Positions 48,801 to 58,744 of a stretch of 64,000 nucleotides of DNA are shown piece by piece. The DNA comes from an uncultured Clostridia bacterium (GTDB taxonomy: Bacteria; Bacillota; Clostridia; TANB77; CAG-508). Each line of letters starts with the position of its first letter. Within the stretch, counting starts at the first letter, position 1. The DNA lies in contig CALXQV010000015.1 in the NCBI GenBank assembly GCA_944390535.1, positions 9,070-73,069 of the forward strand, in the 5' to 3' direction. The notes beneath the pieces are model-generated. The model was not told where the DNA came from and searched no databases. It saw only the letters and a program-made list of their open reading frames with translations. The translations under genes and the position numbers were made by a program.

Positions 48801-48826
48801 TATATACAGTTCCTTTAAAAAAAAAA

Positions 48827-49054
48827 TTAAGCATCTTTATTATCTTTTCTATTTAAATCAATAGAAAATGAGATATCTAAGTCAACAAAATATTCCGAAA
48901 TTTTATCTCCACTAATACTTGCTCTTTGTTCTAAAATTTTAACATCAGAAAGATAGTCAATTGTTTTTGAAGCTTCTGCAACTGCTTTTACAATGGCATC
49001 TTTCCATGATACAGTTGAATTACCAGTAATAATTAAATGTTTTTTTATTTCCAT
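48827..49054 (-). CDS. dodecin-family protein, first gene of the spoVA transcription unit
   Basis: ITGNSTVSWKDAIVKAVAEASKTI...EYFVDLDISF matches the dodecin pattern. Confidence 0.65.
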   Translation of the reverse strand: MEIKKHLIITGNSTVSWKDAIVKAVAEASKTIDYLSDVKILEQRASISGDKISEYFVDLDISFSIDLNRKDNKDA

Positions 49055-49080
49055 ACATATACCTCCAAATCTTTTAAAAA

Positions 49081-49109
49081 TATGTTTTCCAAAAAATCAA
49101 AAAATATAC
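49081..49109 (-). promoter_or_regulatory. forespore (sigma-F/G-type) promoter-like element for dodecin-spoVAC/D/E
   Basis: On the minus strand GTATA, 14 nt, GGAAAACATA, about 25 nt upstream of the start codon. Confidence 0.3.
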
Positions 49110-49232
49110 AAAACAGGTAGAAAAAATATAAATAAGAGTATATAATTGGAAAAAGAAAACAAAAAAGAAAGTAAATTTTCGTATTTCTACAATAAATCAT
49201 AAAAATTGATAAATCGTGAGGAGAAAATAGCT

Positions 49233-50564
49233 ATGATAGATATCGTAAGGGAAGTAGCATTAAAAACATTATATAAAATTGATAAAGAAGAAGCATATTC
49301 TAACATTGCATTAGATGAAATGATTAAAGAAAATAGAAATAAATTAGAAGATAGAGATATTGGCTTTATTTCAGAAATTGTGTATGGAGTTACTTCATGG
49401 AAGTTAACCATTGATGAAATCATAAAACAATATTCTAATATTAAGCTAAAAAAGATTTCACCATGGATTTTAAATATTTTGAGAATGGGAATTTATCAAA
49501 TTGTTTTTTTAGATAAAGTTCCAAAATCAGCAGCAGTCAATGAAAGTGTAAATTTAGCAAACCGATATGGTCATAAAGGGAGTCGTAATTTTGTAAATGC
49601 CATTTTAAGAAAAGTAGATAAAAAAGATTATGAAGCATTTTTTGAAATTGAAAATCCAATAGAAAGACTTTCTAAAACAACATCTATGCCAGTTTGGGTC
49701 ATAGAAGCATTATTAAAAGAACATGATATAGAAAAAGTAGAAGAAATCTGTAAAGCGTCTAATATAAGACCAAAAGTTACAATTAGAATCAATACATTAA
49801 AAACCAATAAACAAGAATTAGAAAATTTATTAAGAAAGAGAAATATAACAGTCAAAGAAGGAAGATTTGAAGATTTCTTAGTATTAGAAAAAGCAAAAAA
49901 TATAGAAAAATTAGATTTGTTCAAACAAGGATATTTTACGATTCAAGATGAAGGGGCAGGTTTGATTGCTAAAGTGCTAAATCCGAAACCAGGAGAATGG
50001 ATACTTGACGCTTGTAGTAGCCCAGGAGGAAAGACAACATATATGGCAGAATTGATGAAAAATAAAGGTGAGATTATTGCTTGGGATTTACATCCTCATA
50101 GAGTGAAACTGGTAGAAGAAAATGCAAAACGATTAGGAATTAATATGATTACAGTACAATGTCAAGATGCAACAATATATAAAGAAGAATATAAAGAAAA
50201 GTTTGATAAAATTTTGTTAGATGTACCCTGTTTAGGAATGGGAGTCTTAAAAAGAAAACCAGATATCAAATGGAAACGAAAGAAAGAAGATATGACAGAC
50301 ATCATAAAGAGTCAAGAAAGCATACTAGAAACTTGTTCAAAATATCTAAAACCCCAAGGACAAATTGTTTATTCGACATGTAGTATTATACGTGAGGAAA
50401 ATGATTGTATTATAGAGAAATTTTTGCAAAAAAACAAAAATTTTGAATGTGCCGAAATAGAAGGATTAGAGATAGAAAAAAGTGAAAAAGTAATAAAGAA
50501 AATACAATTATACCAAAATAATGAAACAGATGGATTTTTTATTTGTAAATTACAAAAAAAGTAA
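49233..50564 (+). CDS. rsmB: 16S rRNA m5C967 methyltransferase
   Basis: NusB-like N-domain plus SAM MTase (DACSSPGGKT, DVPCLGMG, YSTCS). Confidence 0.9.
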   Translation: MIDIVREVALKTLYKIDKEEAYSNIALDEMIKENRNKLEDRDIGFISEIVYGVTSWKLTIDEIIKQYSNIKLKKISPWILNILRMGIYQIVFLDKVPKSAAVNESVNLANRYGHKGSRNFVNAILRKVDKKDYEAFFEIENPIERLSKTTSMPVWVIEALLKEHDIEKVEEICKASNIRPKVTIRINTLKTNKQELENLLRKRNITVKEGRFEDFLVLEKAKNIEKLDLFKQGYFTIQDEGAGLIAKVLNPKPGEWILDACSSPGGKTTYMAELMKNKGEIIAWDLHPHRVKLVEENAKRLGINMITVQCQDATIYKEEYKEKFDKILLDVPCLGMGVLKRKPDIKWKRKKEDMTDIIKSQESILETCSKYLKPQGQIVYSTCSIIREENDCIIEKFLQKNKNFECAEIEGLEIEKSEKVIKKIQLYQNNETDGFFICKLQKK

Positions 50565-50609
50565 ATATTACAATTTGATTACACTTGAATTACAATTAGA
50601 TTAAATATA

Positions 50610-50637
50610 TTGATTTTTCTAAGAGTAATGGTAAAAT
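50610..50637 (+). promoter_or_regulatory. candidate pilus-operon promoter
   Basis: TTGATT, 16 nt ending TGG, TAAAAT. Confidence 0.35.
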
Positions 50638-50752
50638 AAATTAGTAAGAATTGGCGTATTTGTCAAAAAATAGTAACTTACTAATTTATTCAAGTATCAA
50701 ATTTTTTGAAGTGCAAAAAATATATAAAGAAAAATATATAAAGGAGCAAAAC

Positions 50753-52372
50753 ATGGCTAACTGTTTAGGATTATATGTAGAAAGCAATATAATTAAATAT
50801 GCAAAAATTTCAAAAGATCATGAAAAAATAAAAGTAGAAGCATTTGGTGTAAAATTTTATGATAATCTACAAAAAGCAATTGATCAGATTATAGAAGAGA
50901 CCTATAGCTATAAAACACCAATTAGTATAAATTTATCAGGTGAAATTTATAACTATTTTGATATGTTTGCAATGTTAAGTAATAAAGATTTAGCAAAAGC
51001 AATTAAGACAGAATTTGAAATGTATTGCAATGACCAAGGATATAATCCGAATGTTTTTGAAACACGATATGTTGTTTCAAAAAATCCACAAGATAAAGAT
51101 AAATTAAAAGTAATTCATATAGGAGCAAATAAGATAGAATTAACAAAGAAAGTGCAAGTTTTAGAAAAAAGCAAATTAACCGATATTGTTCCTGTATCAA
51201 TGGCAATTACGAACTTAATTGAAACAAAACCAAAAGAGAATTGTTTAATCGTTAATATGGAAGAAAATACAACCATAACAACTATTTTGGATGAAAATGT
51301 ATATGATATCCAAGTGTTTGATGAAGGAAGCCAAGAGTTTTTGAGAAAAATTAATTTAAAAGAAAATTCGTTAGCAAAAGCATATGAAATATGCAAAAAT
51401 ACAACCATATATACTTCAGAAGGAAAAGAGCTACAAGAAACAGAAATTGGCTATTTGGAAGATATTATGCCAACATTATACACAATTGTTGGAAATGTAA
51501 GGAAAATTATCAATGAAAGTGAAGAAAAAATCACAAAAGTCTATTTAACAGGAACAGCAACTTTAATTAACAATTTAGATTTATATTTCCAAGAATATTT
51601 AAGTGAAGTAGATTGTGAAATATTAAAACCATATTTTATTAATCCAACAAAAGATATTAGTATACAAGATTATATAGAAGTAAATTCAGCAATGTCTTTA
51701 GCTTTGTCAGGAATAGGGCAAGGAATACAAGGAATTAACTTTAAAAAACAAACTTTTAATGAAAAAATTCCAGACTGGTTAAAAATAGAGATAAATCCTG
51801 GAAAAGAAAAGAAAAGTAAATTAGCAACCTCTGGTTGGTTTACAAATGATTTAGGAGAAAAACTTGACAAAACAGAGATTGGTTTATTAAGAACAGCTAT
51901 TGGTTTAATTATCATATTAATTGTGTACAGTTGCTTTGCAATATTATTACAAAATCAAATGCAAGAAAAAACACAACAAGCACAACAATCCATTAATTAT
52001 ACAAATGCACAGATTCAACTAGCGATAAATGATAAGACCAAAATAGATTCAAGAACAAATGATTATACAGAAATGATTCAAAATTTACAAGATTTAAATG
52101 ATAGAATTACAGATGCAAGTAAAACAAGAGATGCAATACCAAATTTGTTAAATTCCATCATGTATATTATACCAGAAAATGTTCAAATAACATCTATAAA
52201 AAATACAACAGGAACACATATTGTGATTGAAGCACAATCAAATAAATATGAACAATTAGGTATGTTTAAAGCAAAGTTAGATACAGAAATGTATTTGACA
52301 AATGTAATTTCTACTTCAGGACAGCAAGAAAATAATATAATTAAAGTAACGATAGAAGGAGATTTACCATGA
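50753..52372 (+). CDS. pilM: type IV pilus assembly protein PilM-PilN fusion
   Basis: Actin-like ATPase-fold N-part, one TM (LLRTAIGLIIILIVY), PilN-like coiled C-part; fused as in clostridial T4P clusters. Confidence 0.7.
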   Translation: MANCLGLYVESNIIKYAKISKDHEKIKVEAFGVKFYDNLQKAIDQIIEETYSYKTPISINLSGEIYNYFDMFAMLSNKDLAKAIKTEFEMYCNDQGYNPNVFETRYVVSKNPQDKDKLKVIHIGANKIELTKKVQVLEKSKLTDIVPVSMAITNLIETKPKENCLIVNMEENTTITTILDENVYDIQVFDEGSQEFLRKINLKENSLAKAYEICKNTTIYTSEGKELQETEIGYLEDIMPTLYTIVGNVRKIINESEEKITKVYLTGTATLINNLDLYFQEYLSEVDCEILKPYFINPTKDISIQDYIEVNSAMSLALSGIGQGIQGINFKKQTFNEKIPDWLKIEINPGKEKKSKLATSGWFTNDLGEKLDKTEIGLLRTAIGLIIILIVYSCFAILLQNQMQEKTQQAQQSINYTNAQIQLAINDKTKIDSRTNDYTEMIQNLQDLNDRITDASKTRDAIPNLLNSIMYIIPENVQITSIKNTTGTHIVIEAQSNKYEQLGMFKAKLDTEMYLTNVISTSGQQENNIIKVTIEGDLP

Positions 52373-53088
52373 AAAAATTATTAATCATCATTTTGATAAT
52401 ACTTGTGTTAATCCTAACAGTATTTACGATTATACAAGGCCTTCAAATTGGTAATTTGCATATTTGGGGAATACAAACAATACAAGCTGAAAATGCAAAA
52501 TTAGATGAAACAGTTACAGAAGCCACAAGACTTGCAAGTTCTACGTTTCCAGGTAAAGTTGGCGAAGTCAATAGTAGTATGAAATCTTTAGAAGAGAAAA
52601 AAAATACTTATGAAGATATGGTTGCAGTAAGTGACACAGGAGATATTCAAACAGCAACGCAATTATCAAATTACACCTTAGATTTTTTATGGACAGAAAT
52701 TGGTACACATGCAACTAGTGAAGGGGTTAATATTGATATATCCTTGACAGCTGGAACAGGAGGGGAAAATGTATATGATTTAAACTTCACAGCTGTTGGA
52801 AGTTATATAGGAATATGTGAATTTATTAGAGATATAGAAGATGATTCAGATTTAGCATTTAAAATCGAACAATTTTCTATGACAACTGGTGAATCAACAT
52901 CTTCTTTAAGAGCAACTTTTGTATGTAAGAATATCCCAATTGAAGGTATATCTTCAATCAATACAGATACAAGTACTTCAACACAAGGAAATACAACAAA
53001 CACGACGAATACAACAAATACCACTACAAATAGCTCGTCAAATACAGCACAAAGCAATAGTACAAACACAACAAATACTGCGAAATAG
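52369..53088 (+). CDS. pilO: PilO-like pilus assembly protein with N/T-rich tail
   Basis: N-terminal TM and position after pilMN; C-terminal NTTNTTNTTNTTT low-complexity tract. Confidence 0.5.
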   Translation: MKKLLIIILIILVLILTVFTIIQGLQIGNLHIWGIQTIQAENAKLDETVTEATRLASSTFPGKVGEVNSSMKSLEEKKNTYEDMVAVSDTGDIQTATQLSNYTLDFLWTEIGTHATSEGVNIDISLTAGTGGENVYDLNFTAVGSYIGICEFIRDIEDDSDLAFKIEQFSMTTGESTSSLRATFVCKNIPIEGISSINTDTSTSTQGNTTNTTNTTNTTTNSSSNTAQSNSTNTTNTAK

Positions 53089-53102
53089 AAAAGGAGTGTA
53101 TT

Positions 53103-53540
53103 ATGGCTAAAAAAGTTATAAAAGAAATCATTATTATGTTATTAATATGTTTGGCAATTATATTAATATTGGGCGTATTATTATATGAATATGTACCAAG
53201 TAATAAGATCATACCAGATGAAGTGTCTTACACGACACCAGCAACAGTGCAAGAGGAATTAAGTAAAAGTAAAGATGTTGAAAATGATGAAATTATCTTA
53301 ACATATAGTGTAGATTCTACAGATTTAGATAATTATGAAAGAATTAACACCTATGTACCAGGGAAAGCAAATCCATTTTCACCATATAATAAAGAAACAA
53401 CAACTGCTGGAGAAAATACGACACAAAATGGTAGTTCAAATGCCAATACAAATACAAATTTAGAAAATACAAATGAAACAACGGAAAACACAACTACTTC
53501 CGAAGGATCAACCTTTTATCCTGATAAAGGAACCAAATAG
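53103..53540 (+). CDS. membrane-anchored pilus-cluster protein (possibly PilP-like)
   Basis: N-terminal TM; GKANPFSPY motif resembles the (R/K)xPF motif of PilP-type proteins; N/T-rich tail. Confidence 0.4.
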   Translation: MAKKVIKEIIIMLLICLAIILILGVLLYEYVPSNKIIPDEVSYTTPATVQEELSKSKDVENDEIILTYSVDSTDLDNYERINTYVPGKANPFSPYNKETTTAGENTTQNGSSNANTNTNLENTNETTENTTTSEGSTFYPDKGTK

Positions 53541-53612
53541 TTTTTAACGTTATGTTTTTTAAACATAAATAATATATATTAATGCATATCAAAAGAAAAG
53601 GAGGAAACAAAA

Positions 53613-54062
53613 ATGAGAAACCAAAGAGGTATTACTTTAATCGCTTTAGTAATCACAATTATTGTTTTATTAATTTTAGCAGGGGTATCAATTGCTATGC
53701 TTACAGGAGAAAATGGTATATTAACAAAAGCAACAGATGCAAAAGCTAAGAGTGCAGAAGCAGAAGCTGAAGAAGCTTTGAAATTAGCACTTTCAGAAAT
53801 TTTAGCAAATAAGTTAGACCCTACTTATGAAGGTAGCGAAGATGTCATTAATGAAGCTAATATAAAAAAATTAGTGACAGATAATAACAATAATGTAACA
53901 GTTACTGAGGCAACAGAAACAGAAGCAAACGATACAGTACCAGCGTATTTTACAGTAAAATTACAACTTGGTAATAATAGTGTATATACACGTTATGTTG
54001 AAACAGAATCAGGAAAAGTTTCTACTAGTGTACCAACTGCATCAGTTGAATCAGGAAGCTAA
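53613..54062 (+). CDS. pilA: major type IV pilin (non-canonical, no Glu5)
   Basis: MRNQRG|ITLIALVITIIVLLILAGVSIAML class III signal-like N-terminus; strong RBS AAAGGAGG; hairpin after the gene. Confidence 0.7.
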   Translation: MRNQRGITLIALVITIIVLLILAGVSIAMLTGENGILTKATDAKAKSAEAEAEEALKLALSEILANKLDPTYEGSEDVINEANIKKLVTDNNNNVTVTEATETEANDTVPAYFTVKLQLGNNSVYTRYVETESGKVSTSVPTASVESGS

Positions 54063-54090
54063 TATATAAAAATTATAGTTATAAACTAAA

Positions 54091-54120
54091 AGCCATACGC
54101 ACACTTGAGTGTGTATGGCT
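54091..54120 (+). terminator. hairpin after pilA (partial terminator)
   Basis: AGCCATACGCACAC / GTGTGTATGGCT stem; weak T-tail. Confidence 0.45.
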
Positions 54121-54186
54121 TAAATATTAAAAATAGAAGTAAAACAGATAAAATGAATACGATTATGATAGATAGAAGGAGAGAAA

Positions 54187-55002
54187 ATGGATATACTACT
54201 ATATATATTAATATTCATAATGGGGACTGTATTTGGTAGTTTTTTTACATTAGCAATATATAGAATACCAAAGAAACAAGATATTACACATACACATTCA
54301 TATTGTCCTAATTGTAATCATAAATTAGGTTTTTTAGATTTAGTTCCTATATTTAGTTATATCTTTTTGTTAGGAAAATGTAGATATTGTAAAACAAATA
54401 TTAGACCTAGATATTTTATCTTAGAACTTTTATCTGGTTTCACATTTGTCATAATCGCATATATGTTAAATATGAATATCAATAATTTAAGACCAATGTT
54501 ATTAGCAGAAGGTGCATTTATGGCACTTTATTTGTGTTTTATTTTTATCATGGCAGGTATTGATGCAGAAAATAGGAAAATTGAAAAATCAATATCTATG
54601 TATGGTATTTTACTTTCTATTGTTTATATAATATATCTATGTGTAATAGAGAAAGATAGTATATTTAGATATGTTATATATTTAGCATTTTATGTTATCA
54701 TTTTAATACTAGACACCGTTACTTTAAAGAGATATGCAAAAAATAGTTATGTTCATGGTATGATACTAACCGTTTTAACGATGGTCATTTTTACAGGAGA
54801 GTATGTGGTAATAAATACGATTATTATGACAGCACTTGTGGTAGCAATTAATTTATTATTACATAAAGTAGCAAATATCAGAAAAAGAGTTAGAAGCGAA
54901 AAAAAAGATTATGGCAAAAATATAAATTATGGAGTTATTTTAGCCATAGCCAATATTTTAAATCTTATCTTTGTATTAGCTTGGTATAAATTTTTTATTT
55001 AA
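54187..55002 (+). CDS. pilD: prepilin peptidase (A24 family)
   Basis: N-terminal CPNCNHKL...CRYCKTNI Zn-finger, RYFILELL, polytopic membrane body with AGIDAE. Confidence 0.8.
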   Translation: MDILLYILIFIMGTVFGSFFTLAIYRIPKKQDITHTHSYCPNCNHKLGFLDLVPIFSYIFLLGKCRYCKTNIRPRYFILELLSGFTFVIIAYMLNMNINNLRPMLLAEGAFMALYLCFIFIMAGIDAENRKIEKSISMYGILLSIVYIIYLCVIEKDSIFRYVIYLAFYVIILILDTVTLKRYAKNSYVHGMILTVLTMVIFTGEYVVINTIIMTALVVAINLLLHKVANIRKRVRSEKKDYGKNINYGVILAIANILNLIFVLAWYKFFI

Positions 55003-55022
55003 TTTTAAGAAAGGAAATGCTA

Positions 55023-55457
55023 ATGAAAGTAAAAAGTGAAAAAGGAATTACGAATATAGATATAACAGTTTCAATTATATTAATTACACTATTTGTATCA
55101 ATCATTGCAACTATCATGTATACAATTCATGCAAATTCTACTTCTATGAATCGAAAGACAGAGGCAATGAATTATGCAATTAATGAAATAGAAAATATTA
55201 AAGCACAAGATTTTGATACTTTACAAGATACAAATGAGGAAGCAAATGAATTTGTGGATATAATAGATACAGAGGGAAATACAACAGGATATGCTAAAAA
55301 AGTAACAATAATAGATTATGCTAACTTACCAGAAAACAAAGAAAATGATGCAATTTTGTCAGGGCTTGTGAAAAAGGTGACAGTAGAAATTGCTTATAAA
55401 GTAGGAAATACCACACAAACAGTTGATTTATCAACAGTCATTACAAAAAATAGTTAA
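55023..55457 (+). CDS. minor pilin-like protein
   Basis: SEKG|ITNIDITVSIILITLFV N-terminus (Asp at +5). Confidence 0.55.
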   Translation: MKVKSEKGITNIDITVSIILITLFVSIIATIMYTIHANSTSMNRKTEAMNYAINEIENIKAQDFDTLQDTNEEANEFVDIIDTEGNTTGYAKKVTIIDYANLPENKENDAILSGLVKKVTVEIAYKVGNTTQTVDLSTVITKNS

Positions 55458-55468
55458 GGAGAAAGACT

Positions 55469-55921
55469 ATGCGTACACAAACAGGAGTTACATTAATATC
55501 AGTAACCATATATGTTATTGTCATGGTGATTGTAGTAGCTGTTATTACAGTTTTGACTTCATATTTTTATAAAAATGTAGATATTACTGCTACAAGGCAA
55601 GATTTAAATCAGCAATACACAAAATTTAATACGTATTTCATAGAAGAAGTAAATAAAAAAGGAAACAAAATACTAGATATAGGAGAAACACAAGAAGATG
55701 ATGAAAATGCTATCCAAAAATATATCGTATTTTCAAGTGGAAATCAATATACATATATTCCCCAAAATAAAGGGATATATATAAATCAGGTAAAAATTGC
55801 AGAAAATATAACAAATTGTACCTTTACTAGCCAGGAAGATGAAAATGGAAAAACAATTGTAACAGTTGTCATACAAGGAGATAATTTTGAAAAAACGACA
55901 ACATATACGCTAGTAGATTAA
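55469..55921 (+). CDS. minor pilin-like protein
   Basis: TQTG|VTLISVTIYVIVMVIVV N-terminus. Confidence 0.55.
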   Translation: MRTQTGVTLISVTIYVIVMVIVVAVITVLTSYFYKNVDITATRQDLNQQYTKFNTYFIEEVNKKGNKILDIGETQEDDENAIQKYIVFSSGNQYTYIPQNKGIYINQVKIAENITNCTFTSQEDENGKTIVTVVIQGDNFEKTTTYTLVD

Positions 55922-55944
55922 AAACTGTGAAAGAGGTGTTTACT

Positions 55945-57576
55945 ATGGATTTAAAAAGAAGACAACCCATTGGTGTAGAATTAGTAAAAAGAGGAATTGT
56001 CAATGAAGAAGATATTCAAAAAGCATTAGATTATCAAAGGCAACATCCAAACACAAAAATAGGAGATTGCTTATATGAATTAGAAGCATGTGACCCATAT
56101 GTACTAATTACAACAATTGGTGAAATATTAGGAGAAAAAGGTATTTTACTATCTAAAAATTCAGTAAAAATCAATGTAGAAGAATACATTTCTTTAGATA
56201 TTGCAAAAAAGAATAAAGCAATTCCTTTTGAAATAGAAAATGGAAAAATTAAAGTATGTTTTGCCAATACAGTTAATAGAAAAAGTATAGAAACTATCCG
56301 TTTATTACTTTTAAACAAAGGACTGATTATGGATAGCTATATTACCTTTGAAAAAGAAATTGTACAAATACTAAAATCTTTAGAGGGAAAAGCCAATACA
56401 GATATTCGTGGTTCAGGAATAACAGTTATTAATTTAGTAGATAGTATCATTAAAACAGGGATTGAAAAAAGAGCTAGTGACATTCATATAGAACCAATGG
56501 CAACAGCGGTTCGTGTTAGATATAGAATTGATGGAGAATTGTTCACAGCAGCAAATTTAGATAAAGAAAAGCAACAACAAATCATAGGAAGATTAAAGGC
56601 GATTTCTAATATGCATCAAGAAAAACAAGAAGCACAAGATGGTAGAATTCTACTTTATGAAGACTACAATATTCGTGTATCATCACAACCAAATGTGTAT
56701 GGAGAAAAATTTGTTTTAAGGTTATTAAAGAAAAATGAAAATATCAAAAATATCTTTGATTTAGGGTATTACGGAGAAGAAGAAGAGTTTAAAAAAAGTG
56801 TCAATAAGAAAAATAGTATTACGATTGTAGCTGCACCTACAGGAGAAGGTAAAACCACTTCTTTGTACAGTATTATCGATTCATTGAATAAACCAGAAAT
56901 CAATATTACAACAATTGAAGACCCTGTGGAAATTCGAATTCCAGGATTAAACCAAATTGAAATTGATAATAGAACAACATTTGCAGGTGCGTTGAGGACT
57001 GTATTAAGACAAGACCCAGACATTATCCTAGTTGGAGAAATCAGAGATAGAGAAACAGCTGAAATTGCAATACAAGCTGGACAAACAGGACATTATGTAT
57101 TATCAACTATCCATACGATTGATAGTATAGAAGTGATTAACCGATTAAGAAAAATTGGTATATCTGATTATGATATTTCAAGTACGTTAGCGACTATCAT
57201 TTCACAAAGATTGATAAGAAGAATTTGTCCAAAATGTAAAAAAGAAAGAGAATTTACAAAAGAGGAAAAAGAAATTATAACAAATATATTAGAAAAAAAT
57301 GGAGAGAAGATTGATTTAAAAGATATAAAAACCTTTGATTCATCAGGGTGTGACTATTGTAATGGAACTGGATTTTATGATAGAATTGGAATTTTTGAAA
57401 TATTAAATATGACAGAACCATTAAAAGAATTAATTATTTCAGGTGCATCAAGTATGGAGATTAGAAGAAAAGCATTAGAAGAACAGTATAGACCACTAAT
57501 TGTTGATGGAATTATGAAAGTAATAAAAGGGGAAACTACCTTAGAAGAATTAAATAAGAAATTATTGGTTTTCTAG
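55945..57576 (+). CDS. pilB: type IV pilus extension ATPase PilB (GspE family)
   Basis: GspE N-domain, Walker A APTGEGKTTS, Asp/His boxes, tetracysteine CPKC...CDYC. Confidence 0.9.
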   Translation: MDLKRRQPIGVELVKRGIVNEEDIQKALDYQRQHPNTKIGDCLYELEACDPYVLITTIGEILGEKGILLSKNSVKINVEEYISLDIAKKNKAIPFEIENGKIKVCFANTVNRKSIETIRLLLLNKGLIMDSYITFEKEIVQILKSLEGKANTDIRGSGITVINLVDSIIKTGIEKRASDIHIEPMATAVRVRYRIDGELFTAANLDKEKQQQIIGRLKAISNMHQEKQEAQDGRILLYEDYNIRVSSQPNVYGEKFVLRLLKKNENIKNIFDLGYYGEEEEFKKSVNKKNSITIVAAPTGEGKTTSLYSIIDSLNKPEINITTIEDPVEIRIPGLNQIEIDNRTTFAGALRTVLRQDPDIILVGEIRDRETAEIAIQAGQTGHYVLSTIHTIDSIEVINRLRKIGISDYDISSTLATIISQRLIRRICPKCKKEREFTKEEKEIITNILEKNGEKIDLKDIKTFDSSGCDYCNGTGFYDRIGIFEILNMTEPLKELIISGASSMEIRRKALEEQYRPLIVDGIMKVIKGETTLEELNKKLLVF

Positions 57577-57620
57577 TTAAAAAGTGATTTTATGAAAATA
57601 TAAAAGAGGAGGAACAAAAC

Positions 57621-58730
57621 ATGAATATGGATAAAATCCTAGATATTGCAATGCAAAAAGATGCATCAGATGTTCACATGATATGCGGAAATAAGCCAAT
57701 GCTTAGAATTGCAAGAGATTTAGTTGAAATAGAAGAAATGAAAGAATTGACAGAAGAAGATATGTCAGAGGCATATGATTATTTAGTAAGAGGAAATATA
57801 GACAAAGATGAAGTATATAATTCAACTAAAAAATTGGATTTATCATATGAATATAAAGATATTCGTTTAAGGGTTAATATTTCTTCTTCAGATGAAATTC
57901 CAACATGTACATTAAGACTTATCAAAAATGAGTTACCACCTTATGAATCTTTAGGTATACCAGATGTCGTAAGAAGAATGACTTATCAACCACAAGGATT
58001 AATTTTGGTTACAGGAAAAACAAACTCTGGTAAAAGTACAACCTTAAACTCACTGATAGATTACATTAATGAAAATCAAAATAAAAAGATATTAACCTTA
58101 GAAAATCCAATTGAATTTAAGCATCATTCTAAAAAATCATTAATTGTTCAAAAGGAAATAGGAAGAGGAAGAGATGTTTTAACTTTTAGTGATGGTGTAA
58201 AAAACTCTCTAAGAGAAGATTGCGATATTTTAGTAATTGGAGAGATTAGAGATAGAACGACAATGGAGGCAGCTATTGAAATGGCAGAGTCTGGACATTT
58301 AGTAATTGGAACATTACACACAAAATCTTGTGCAGAAACGATTGACAGAATGATAAATTTCTATGAAGTAAGAGACCAAGCAAGTATTAAATATTTATTA
58401 TCTGCATTATTAAAATTAGTTGTTTCGCAAAGATTATTAAAAGGAATAGATGGAAAATTGGTTTTGGTTCCAGAAGTAATGGTAGTGGATAATATTGTTG
58501 CAGGAATTATAAGAAAAGAAAAATTAAGCGTATCTGAAATAGAAGATGCCATACAAAGCAATTTAGAAAAAGGAAGTATAGGACTAATCAATTCTTTAGC
58601 AGAATTATTTGTAGAAGATAAAATTACACTAGAACAAGCTAAATCACAAATAGAAGAGAAAAACCAAGAAATCTTAAATAGAACCATTATGCAATTAAAA
58701 ATTAAGAAAAGTACAGCTAGAAACAAATAA
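57621..58730 (+). CDS. pilT: type IV pilus retraction ATPase PilT
   Basis: GKTNSGKSTTL Walker A, GEIRD, GHLVIGTLHT. Confidence 0.9.
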   Translation: MNMDKILDIAMQKDASDVHMICGNKPMLRIARDLVEIEEMKELTEEDMSEAYDYLVRGNIDKDEVYNSTKKLDLSYEYKDIRLRVNISSSDEIPTCTLRLIKNELPPYESLGIPDVVRRMTYQPQGLILVTGKTNSGKSTTLNSLIDYINENQNKKILTLENPIEFKHHSKKSLIVQKEIGRGRDVLTFSDGVKNSLREDCDILVIGEIRDRTTMEAAIEMAESGHLVIGTLHTKSCAETIDRMINFYEVRDQASIKYLLSALLKLVVSQRLLKGIDGKLVLVPEVMVVDNIVAGIIRKEKLSVSEIEDAIQSNLEKGSIGLINSLAELFVEDKITLEQAKSQIEEKNQEILNRTIMQLKIKKSTARNK

Positions 58731-58744
58731 AGAGGAGGTAACAT

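Noticed and set aside
50635-50690. 14-bp perfect inverted repeat (AATAAATTAGTAAG / CTTACTAATTTATT) overlapping the candidate pilus-operon promoter, considered as an operator or leader hairpin
   Set aside because: By rough estimate, an AT-only 14-mer within 60 bp is expected about once by chance in 64 kb of this composition. It may still be real but is not supportable from sequence alone.
53541-53612. c-di-GMP riboswitch upstream of pilA or of the pilus operon (50565-50752), as known for pilA1 in Clostridioides difficile
   Set aside because: The regions are short or purely AT-rich and lack the conserved GC-containing cores of GEMM-I/II. Only a weak 8-bp A/T hairpin (TTATGTTT/AAACATAA) is present.
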